Part shown: positions 57,001 through 64,000 of the stretch, one piece after another
Layout of the letters: every line of letters begins with the position of its first letter
Numbering within the stretch: position 1 is the first letter of the stretch
IMG/VR virus record: IMGVR_UViG_3300028840_003271
Coordinates: 96,001-160,000 of that record
Origin: a virus
DNA length: 64,000 bases
Reading direction: 5' to 3' (one strand)
Notes under the pieces: model-generated
Databases searched by the model: none
Seen by the model: only the letters and a program-made list of their open reading frames with translations
What the model was told of the DNA's origin: nothing
Position numbers and translations under genes: made by a program

Positions 57001-57824
57001 GAGTTCGGTGGTAATTCATTCCACGATTGTAGAAGTTTATAAAGTGCTTTATTTTGTTGTTCAATAGTCATGTCTTGATTGTCTAATACAGCATCAAAAC
57101 CAGTATAGTTATCGAGAATAGTTTCACTTTTATGAATATCGGTATATGGACAACGAGTTAGACGAATAACTCTTCCTCCAACCCTTTGCACCCCTTTTAC
57201 TTCGTTTGGAAAGCGGCAATCATCAATAATAGCATATGCTGAATTTTCTGTTTCAATTTTGTTCAGTAATGCTTCAACCCAAATATCATCTTTAATTTTA
57301 CGAAAAATATCTGTTCCTACATATTGTAATAATTCACGAGCAGTCATTTTAGCATTGTTTTTTGGACGATAAACTCCAACATTTTTTTGAGCGTAATCTT
57401 TTCCAGAAAAATTACAAAGTTGTTCATATATTGCTTTATTTGTAAAAATACCCGGCATATCCTTCCATCGATATGAAGTTTGAGTATTTTTCTCTTCGTC
57501 GGTTCCATAACACTGAGAATAAGATAGACCAAAAATCTTAATACACATTACTTTGAGTAAGTCAGCAAAGCTATAAAGCTTGATAAACGGAAAAACATTT
57601 TCTTCAAGATAAGATACTATGTTATCATTATCTCGACGACGCACATCAAAAACTCCACTAATTTCTTCTTTTCCATCAAGTTTATAAACATCAAGCTGTC
57701 CTAAATCATCAATTTTGAAATTTTCAATAAGACCAAGTGCTTGCATATACATTCCAAAAAGGTAGTTACAAGCAGTGTTTTTTCCTGAACCCTTTTTACC
57801 TGAGAATGCTAATATTCTTGTCAT
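56997..57824 (-). CDS. Deoxynucleoside monophosphate kinase
   Basis: 'FSGKKGSGKNT', 'SFADLLK', 'TARELLQYVGTD', 'IIDDCRFPNE', 'H.SE..LD'. Confidence 0.85.
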   Translation of the reverse strand: MTRILAFSGKKGSGKNTACNYLFGMYMQALGLIENFKIDDLGQLDVYKLDGKEEISGVFDVRRRDNDNIVSYLEENVFPFIKLYSFADLLKVMCIKIFGLSYSQCYGTDEEKNTQTSYRWKDMPGIFTNKAIYEQLCNFSGKDYAQKNVGVYRPKNNAKMTARELLQYVGTDIFRKIKDDIWVEALLNKIETENSAYAIIDDCRFPNEVKGVQRVGGRVIRLTRCPYTDIHKSETILDNYTGFDAVLDNQDMTIEQQNKALYKLLQSWNELPPNS

Positions 57825-57837
57825 TTTTTTTTGTTCC

Positions 57838-58107
57838 TTATTTATATTTTGGATTTTTAAGTTCGTAATAAGTTTTATAAAAAGATTTAAGTTCTTTTTG
57901 ACGTTTTTCTTCTTGTTTTTTTCTTATTTTTACTTCTTCAGGAGTTTCTTCTCGTTCTCCAATAATAGAAATTCCTGCATAATCATAATGTATATATAGT
58001 GTTTCATATTCTGAATATTTTTCTTTAAGTTGGATAAATTTTCCAATAAGGTTGTCCAAACTATCATTCATATCAAGATGTTCTATTAAAACAATTTTTG
58101 TTTTCAT
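57838..58107 (-). CDS. Hypothetical protein
   Basis: 89 aa; 'GEREETPEE..R'. Confidence 0.5.
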   Translation of the reverse strand: MKTKIVLIEHLDMNDSLDNLIGKFIQLKEKYSEYETLYIHYDYAGISIIGEREETPEEVKIRKKQEEKRQKELKSFYKTYYELKNPKYK

Positions 58108-59258
58108 TTTGTTAATCCTAAATCTGAAATTGCTTGAGTAATATGTGGTAAAAATAAATCATTAATTTCTTTTACAGTCATTTGACCAACATCGTTTTTA
58201 TTTTCTGGAAGAAAAAGAGGTAAAATGTTATAGTATTTTTTCCAATTTTCAATAAACGCTTCTTTGCCCTTTTGTCCTCCTTTATCATTGTCTAAGAGTA
58301 AAACTACGGTAAAAGTACCAGCACTATCCAATAAAACTTGTTGTCCGTTACTCAATGAAGTTCCAAATAATCCCACGCTATTTTTAATTTCTGCTTCTTC
58401 TAATTTCCAAACATTACCCGGACTTTCTACTACAACAGCAACACCGGTTTGAGAAATATGTTTTTTTGATAACCAATAATTATATAATGAATTTTGTCCA
58501 TCAAATCCATCACTATGTTTCCATTTTGAGTAGAGTTGTGCATATTTTGACGGTGGACAATTTTTACTAATATCGTGCCAGAGTCCACATTTTTCACATT
58601 TTGGAAAAATACTTCTTCCAGTACAACCAATCATATGTTGATAGTTTTCATCATAAATTGGTGTAACCACTCGTTGATACATCTTTTTTTTAGGATTAGT
58701 GCATAATCCGACATCATATCTATCTAAAATTTGTGAAGAATAACCTCGTTTCAAATAAAATTCTGCCGGAATTGTTAATAATGAACGAATTTGTGAGCGG
58801 GTAATTTTTCCGTTATGAGAATTGTTTTGTGGTGGAGTATATATTTTTGAAAACTGTGAACGAGAATTTGAATGTGGTCGAGATTGTAATTTAGATAATG
58901 GAATAGATAAAAATTTGAGTATAAATTCTAATGTTTGTGAAAATGATACTGTTTGGTCTGTTTTATTTTCCCATCCATATTTTTGATGTGATAATATACC
59001 ACGAATTAAACCCAAGATTGTTGGTTGAAAAATTCTTTCACATTGATGAGTATAACACTTCCAATTTCCACGATATGTTTTTCCGTTGTAATACAGATTA
59101 AAAGCACTTGTGTTGTCTCCTCCATGAACCGGACAAGTTCCATAATAGTAAGAATTACTAATAAAAATATCTACTCCTAAATGTTCCAATAGGTCATCAA
59201 TTTTATCCATCGTTCGTTCAGAAAGTAGTTGTAGCTGTTCTGAGTTTAAATAGGGCAT
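58104..59258 (-). CDS. dnaG: DNA primase (CHC2 Zn finger plus TOPRIM) with an extra Zn-ribbon insertion
   Basis: 'CPVHGGDN..AF...WKCYTHQC', 'RVVTPI', 'GCTGRS', 'VVESPGNVW', 'LDNDKGG', 'NDVGQM'. Confidence 0.85.
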   Translation of the reverse strand: MPYLNSEQLQLLSERTMDKIDDLLEHLGVDIFISNSYYYGTCPVHGGDNTSAFNLYYNGKTYRGNWKCYTHQCERIFQPTILGLIRGILSHQKYGWENKTDQTVSFSQTLEFILKFLSIPLSKLQSRPHSNSRSQFSKIYTPPQNNSHNGKITRSQIRSLLTIPAEFYLKRGYSSQILDRYDVGLCTNPKKKMYQRVVTPIYDENYQHMIGCTGRSIFPKCEKCGLWHDISKNCPPSKYAQLYSKWKHSDGFDGQNSLYNYWLSKKHISQTGVAVVVESPGNVWKLEEAEIKNSVGLFGTSLSNGQQVLLDSAGTFTVVLLLDNDKGGQKGKEAFIENWKKYYNILPLFLPENKNDVGQMTVKEINDLFLPHITQAISDLGLTK

Positions 59259-60691
59259 TCTAAATCCTTTGGAACACATAAATCGTCTACGGTTTCTTGA
59301 TGTAAAAGCTCAAATTTTGTTTTTCCTTCAGTAATACGAGCGTGTTCACCTTTCATAGTACAACTAATATAATCTCCAAACGAGGTTCCTGGTCCATGAC
59401 GACTTTTCAATACTACCATTTTTTTATTACCTGCTTTTACTCCATCTGCTGCAATTTCGTCTTCGGACTTGTCTTTGAAAATGGTTAGATTTGAACATAA
59501 CCACACCACTCTATCTGAACCACTTATTACATCCGTACTTTCTTTACCAATACCGTCTCGATTAAGTTGGATAAACGCAAGTATTGGAATATTATATCGA
59601 ACAGCAAAGTTATGTAATGTTGTCATCATAAAACCTAAAACTTGATATTCTTTTAGGTCTTTAGACAGGTCGTTGGTGTTCATAAGTTTGAGATAGTCAT
59701 ACACAATTAAACAATTTTTTGCTATATTTTTGTTTTGAAAACCAACCGATTTAATCAACCATCGTCTCATAAGGGCAATTTGGTCTTCAAAAGGTTTTCC
59801 AGAAATACTTTCGTGAAAATATGGAACCGATTTTAATTGTTCTGCTGATTTTGTGACTTGCAATTTGAGTTCTGGAGATTTTCCAAATTTACCCGTTTCG
59901 ATATTAAATATGTTTATTTGATTTATCATAGCAAGAAGACGATGAATATGGTCTTCTTTAGTCATTTCTGTATCTAAAAATAATACTGGTATGTTAAGTT
60001 GAGAAGCAATGTGATAACCCATATTTTGTCCTAATGTGGATTTACCAACACCACTACGACTACCAATTATATTTACGGTTGCTGGTCGTAAACCTCCACC
60101 GATTGTTTGGTCATATGCTGGAAAATTCGTAGATAAACCAACTTGTTCTACAGGATTATTGCTTAAATAATTTACATAATCTACTAAATCTTTTCCAACG
60201 GGTGTAATATCTTTTTCTGTATCGTGTAATAAAGAAGTAAAGTCAAATATAGCATCTTCAGCAATACTTAAAATTTGGGTAATACTTTCATTACCTTTAA
60301 TTTCAGTAAGTTTGTCTTGAGCAGAACCAAGTTGTTGATGAAGAAGTTTACTTACTTCAAGTTTACGAATTTGAGCGGCAAATCGTCGAACATTTTCAAT
60401 ATTGATGGGTAATTGATAAAGTGTTTTAATGTATTTAATATTCGATGGTTTTTGTAAAATCTGTAAACCTAATTGTTCTGCTATTGCTAACAATGATGCT
60501 AATTCAACCTGTGAAGTAGTCGTATCTTCAATAATATGTGATATACATTGATAAATTAGTGTGTTGATTTCGTCAGTGAAAGTGCTTGGTTGTAATAAAT
60601 CTACAACATCAAAATATGTTTGGTTGCCATATTGACACAATCCTGCTAATACTGCTCGTTCTAATGATGTATTTGAAAAAGCTATACTCAC
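59246..60691 (-). CDS. dnaB: Replicative helicase DnaB-like
   Basis: 'ERAVLAGL', Walker A 'GSRSGVGKS', 'FLDTEM', 'VYDYLKLM', 'QLNR', 'KSRHGP'. Confidence 0.9.
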   Translation of the reverse strand: MSIAFSNTSLERAVLAGLCQYGNQTYFDVVDLLQPSTFTDEINTLIYQCISHIIEDTTTSQVELASLLAIAEQLGLQILQKPSNIKYIKTLYQLPINIENVRRFAAQIRKLEVSKLLHQQLGSAQDKLTEIKGNESITQILSIAEDAIFDFTSLLHDTEKDITPVGKDLVDYVNYLSNNPVEQVGLSTNFPAYDQTIGGGLRPATVNIIGSRSGVGKSTLGQNMGYHIASQLNIPVLFLDTEMTKEDHIHRLLAMINQINIFNIETGKFGKSPELKLQVTKSAEQLKSVPYFHESISGKPFEDQIALMRRWLIKSVGFQNKNIAKNCLIVYDYLKLMNTNDLSKDLKEYQVLGFMMTTLHNFAVRYNIPILAFIQLNRDGIGKESTDVISGSDRVVWLCSNLTIFKDKSEDEIAADGVKAGNKKMVVLKSRHGPGTSFGDYISCTMKGEHARITEGKTKFELLHQETVDDLCVPKDLECPI

Positions 60692-60693
60692 TA

Positions 60694-61131
60694 CTACTTC
60701 CTATTTAGTATACAACGATTACATCGAAATTTTGATGATTCATTACCATCTGTTGGAGGTATTAATTCAGGAGAAACTTCAAATTCTCGATTACATCCTA
60801 CACATCGTACCTTGACTAATGCTAATGGTCGATTTCTTTCACTTGGTATCCGATCTTTCCATAGTTTTTTATCAATTTCTGTATCTTCTTTATGCATACT
60901 TGCTTCTGGCATCGAAAAAAATCTATTCCAATCGTCTTTACCATTATTTTGTTGTGACGACGTGGAAGCATTTTCTTTTTCTTTTGTTGACTGTTTAGTT
61001 TTTCTTGGTCGTCCACGTTTTCTTTTTGGTTTAGGTTGTTCCAATCCTTCTTGTAGAACTTGTGCTGCTGTTTGTAATGCCATAATAGCATTTTGAAGTT
61101 GTTCTTGTGTTAACATAATTGGTCTATCCAT
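60694..61131 (-). CDS. Hypothetical protein with AT-hook-like KRKRGRPRK and a C-terminal Zn ribbon
   Basis: RGRPRK; CVGC...CNRC. Confidence 0.55.
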   Translation of the reverse strand: MDRPIMLTQEQLQNAIMALQTAAQVLQEGLEQPKPKRKRGRPRKTKQSTKEKENASTSSQQNNGKDDWNRFFSMPEASMHKEDTEIDKKLWKDRIPSERNRPLALVKVRCVGCNREFEVSPELIPPTDGNESSKFRCNRCILNRK

Positions 61132-61502
61132 TTATCAGTTGGTTTACGAGTATCAATACATATTAATATTATATTATTTATGTCACACCATTGAGATTTA
61201 AGTTCATCTCTTTTTTTTGATGCTAAAAATCCTAAACGAGTATTATGAAAATGAGGAATGTATTTATAGTGTTGTTCACCCTGAACTTCAATTGCAGTTT
61301 TTATAAGAGGAAGAAAAAAGTCAAAATATAATGTAGTATACGGTCTTGGTTTGAATGATACTTCTTCTAAAATTTGAAGTGTTGGATACTGTGTTTGTAA
61401 GATTAGTTTAACTTTACGATGATTTATTGATGAATGTTCAAGGTTTTTAGAACCTTTTGGTATCCATTTTACAAAACGCCCTGTTAAATCTTCAACTATC
61501 AT
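61110..61502 (-). CDS. Vsr/DUF559-like endonuclease
   Basis: 'FDFFLP....IEVQGEQHY', 'KRDELKSQWC..NNI.LI'. Confidence 0.7.
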   Translation of the reverse strand: MIVEDLTGRFVKWIPKGSKNLEHSSINHRKVKLILQTQYPTLQILEEVSFKPRPYTTLYFDFFLPLIKTAIEVQGEQHYKYIPHFHNTRLGFLASKKRDELKSQWCDINNIILICIDTRKPTDKWIDQLC

Positions 61503-62512
61503 ACAAGTATTTTTCTCAGTTGAGAGTAAAGAGAATTATACACTTCTGGATTTTCTAATAAATAAGCACGAACTTTTTCTGTACCTTGACATTTTTCTCC
61601 AGAAGGTAGTGTGTACCAACCAGCACCACCTTTGGGTAATATACCTAAGTCGGTACAGACATTAATAAGTTCAGTTTCTTTATCAATACCATATCCATAT
61701 CTAAACTTGGATGTAAATTTTCCTCCAGGAGGACAGTTTAATGCTGACGTTGGGCATTCCCAATGAATATCTTGACCAATTTGATTTTCTCCTACTTTCC
61801 ACGGAGTAAAATGTGTTGCTCTTAATTTAACATCTGCTTGATATTGAATTTTTTGACCAGACGCCTCCATCCATTGAGTATAACCCTGTCCTTGATTAGC
61901 AATAACATGTGTTATACCGATAACTACACATTTATTAATTGGGGTTACATTACATATTCTTCGACAAAATCTTGCTAATAACATAGGAGCATCTGCTCGA
62001 TAACGATCTCCAATATCGGCTTTCATTTCTCCTTCTGTACAAAGTGCTGAAAATGAATCGATAATAAATATATCACCAGGTTTGGTATGAATTAATTGTT
62101 CGACTATAGCAATATATTCTTCTGCTGTTAAAATATTACCTGGTGTAGATTGAATAATACTAAATCGTGTTGGATCAAGATTTAAATGGTGAATTCCTTC
62201 AAGGTCTCGTTTTTTGAGACGACCTTCAATATTAGCATAATATACATGACGACCTTCTTTTCTCCCTAAATTACAAGCATATTCAATATCTTGAGCAGTT
62301 CCAGCAAAATCTAAAGCGGTAGCAGTTTTACCAGTTTTGAATTTGCCGGTTAAAATAAAAAAACTACCTTCTGGTATGCCTCCAGTAATCATATCTAAAC
62401 CAGGACTTAAAGGTATTATGACTGGTTGACTATCAATAATTTTATTGCTTGACGATAAATGCTGATTAACATCAAGCTTTGGTTTTTTAGGTTTCTGTTC
62501 GTCAGTTGTCAT
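61499..62512 (-). CDS. recA: RecA-like recombinase
   Basis: 'LDMITGGIPEG', Walker A 'GKFKTGKT', 'IIDSFSAL', 'YGYGIDKETEL', 'GAGWY'. Confidence 0.85.
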   Translation of the reverse strand: MTTDEQKPKKPKLDVNQHLSSSNKIIDSQPVIIPLSPGLDMITGGIPEGSFFILTGKFKTGKTATALDFAGTAQDIEYACNLGRKEGRHVYYANIEGRLKKRDLEGIHHLNLDPTRFSIIQSTPGNILTAEEYIAIVEQLIHTKPGDIFIIDSFSALCTEGEMKADIGDRYRADAPMLLARFCRRICNVTPINKCVVIGITHVIANQGQGYTQWMEASGQKIQYQADVKLRATHFTPWKVGENQIGQDIHWECPTSALNCPPGGKFTSKFRYGYGIDKETELINVCTDLGILPKGGAGWYTLPSGEKCQGTEKVRAYLLENPEVYNSLYSQLRKILV

Positions 62513-62949
62513 TTGTCGTTTTTTTCTGCCTGTTTGAGTATATCAATAAGATTTATAGGAGTTTGTTTAGATCGTGGAACAGAATTTGTTGAACGATTAA
62601 TTACAGTATTGGAAACAGAAGTTTTTGTATTAATTTTTTGTTGTTCTGCTTCAACCATATTGAGAAACCGTTCAGTAAAAATAGAATATGAATTTTGCCA
62701 AGGTTTTGATTGGATCACATTTAGTATTGCTTGTGAGTCAAATTGTTTTAAGAGTTTAGAAATTTGTCGTAAATTTTTTCGATAAAAGTTGGACCATCGA
62801 GGTATTTTCCAAAATTGAATTGGTAATACTTGTTTATCAAAACTTGCTTTGTGTTCACAAATAAGTTCATTAATATATTGAGCAAAAGTAATTTCTTTAT
62901 TTGGTGTTGCTGAATATTTTGAATAATACTTATTCTTATTATTACTCAT
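62509..62949 (-). CDS. Hypothetical protein
   Basis: 146 aa, coupled to recA. Confidence 0.5.
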   Translation of the reverse strand: MSNNKNKYYSKYSATPNKEITFAQYINELICEHKASFDKQVLPIQFWKIPRWSNFYRKNLRQISKLLKQFDSQAILNVIQSKPWQNSYSIFTERFLNMVEAEQQKINTKTSVSNTVINRSTNSVPRSKQTPINLIDILKQAEKNDK

Positions 62950-63508
62950 ATTTTTTCTCTCGAATATTGAAAATATTACCTTTTAAAGATCTAGGAAGAC
63001 CATTAGGAGTTGTATCTGATGCTTCTACTTTTTCAGATGCGGCTTGTGTCATAATTGCTACATTACCTTTACCTCCTCCGGTTGTATGCACCATCATATC
63101 ACCAGCAGTACGACATGCCATTGCCCATACAACCAAAGTATCTTTATCCATAGGTGTACCATTTTGTTTAATTGCACGAGCAATAAGAATTCCAATTTTA
63201 TCTTGTGGTACATTTTGTAAAGCTAATTCTTTAGAAGCGTCTTCCTTAATTTTAGCAAAAGAAGTTAGTTCTTTCTTTTGTTTAGATAATTTTTTAACTT
63301 CCTTTTTTAATTTTTTGTTTTCTTCTGCTTGTACTAGTTGTAATTTTGTTACCTGTTCGTGAATTTTATCAAGTTCACCCTCAACATATTTTTTAATTGT
63401 GGATTGTGTACGACCAAGTTCTTGTGATATTTCTTCAATACTTTTCTTTTGATGCAACATGCCCTGTATAGCATATTTTTCTGTATTAGTTAATCTACCT
63501 TTTGCCAT
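62942..63508 (-). CDS. HTH DNA-binding protein with coiled coil
   Basis: 'LTNTEKYAI...KSIEEISQELGRTQSTIKKYV'. Confidence 0.65.
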   Translation of the reverse strand: MAKGRLTNTEKYAIQGMLHQKKSIEEISQELGRTQSTIKKYVEGELDKIHEQVTKLQLVQAEENKKLKKEVKKLSKQKKELTSFAKIKEDASKELALQNVPQDKIGILIARAIKQNGTPMDKDTLVVWAMACRTAGDMMVHTTGGGKGNVAIMTQAASEKVEASDTTPNGLPRSLKGNIFNIREKKYE

Positions 63509-63510
63509 TT

Positions 63511-63975
63511 TTATTCTCCCATATTTCTTTGTGCGATTGAATATAATACTGGTTTACGAGTTTTTAGAAATTCAATATACTTCTCAAACACGGATTCTGG
63601 AACCGATTTGAATTTCCAAAGAGCAATGTTTGACCGTGTAACATTACTATGTCGAATATTAAGATCTGCTTTTAACGGATTATAAAGTTTATTATTTCTA
63701 TCACATTTAATGTAATAGGTAACTTGATTATTATATCTCACTTTTTTGGCATAAGCATGAATTGAGCGTTCTGCTGAACGAATTTTACCAGTTCGCTTAT
63801 CTATATCATCGTCTAATGCCGGATAGCCTTCCAAGTTAGGATATCCTTCTGTGTCAATATTGATTGTGTGTTCACCGAGAATAGTAAATACTAAAGTATA
63901 ATTAGGTAATATTTCTTCTTTTGGATGTGAAGTACAAATTGAATTTTCTATTTCTTGAGAAGTAAATCTATTCAT
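63511..63975 (-). CDS. Hypothetical protein
   Basis: 154 aa, SD GGAG. Confidence 0.5.
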   Translation of the reverse strand: MNRFTSQEIENSICTSHPKEEILPNYTLVFTILGEHTINIDTEGYPNLEGYPALDDDIDKRTGKIRSAERSIHAYAKKVRYNNQVTYYIKCDRNNKLYNPLKADLNIRHSNVTRSNIALWKFKSVPESVFEKYIEFLKTRKPVLYSIAQRNMGE

Positions 63976-64000
63976 GCTTTTTCTCCAGTTGTTTTAGGTC

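Noticed and set aside
1-64000. Stop-codon reassignment (TAG/TGA recoding)
   Set aside because: Genes are full length and densely packed under code 11; TAG and TGA end genes at sensible positions.
1-64000. tRNA/rRNA genes, integrase, terminase/portal and lysis genes
   Set aside because: None recognisable in this window; presumably elsewhere in the genome.

Overview
This 64 kb window is part of a large, AT-rich tailed dsDNA phage genome (Caudoviricetes, siphovirus-like layout; standard genetic code). From 1 to 33.5 kb it holds the virion module: probable scaffold end, capsid decoration protein, major capsid protein, a free-standing endonuclease, and a signal-peptide-bearing pectate-lyase-like gene with patchy GC. 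An inverted minus-strand block then carries the head-tail adaptor and LamG/beta-helix fibre-like genes, followed by neck, tail terminator, tail tube, chaperones, tape measure and tail-tip genes. From 33.8 to 64 kb, all on the minus strand, are replication, recombination and modification genes: RecA, DnaB, DnaG, dNMP kinase, a Cas4-like exonuclease, a DnaE split into two genes, a DnaQ-like exonuclease, SSB, a phage sigma factor, a nine-gene glycosyltransferase/nucleotidyltransferase cluster and a Sak/Rad52-like annealase. Two inteins have atypical C-termini. The best candidate for a new system sits at the module junction: a transposase-less 500-aa TnpB/Cas12f-like protein with a D-D-D RuvC triad. 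It is followed by a ~300-nt structured RNA that ends in TCAA, an 18-nt putative guide and an intrinsic terminator, which suggests a domesticated phage RNA-guided effector with a fixed guide. Also notable are a recurring GGTGTATAAT late-promoter motif with one palindromic bidirectional copy, a frameshift that cuts the PHP HxH motif off DnaE, and a sigma factor with no canonical start codon. All family calls come from motif recognition by eye; no database searches were run.
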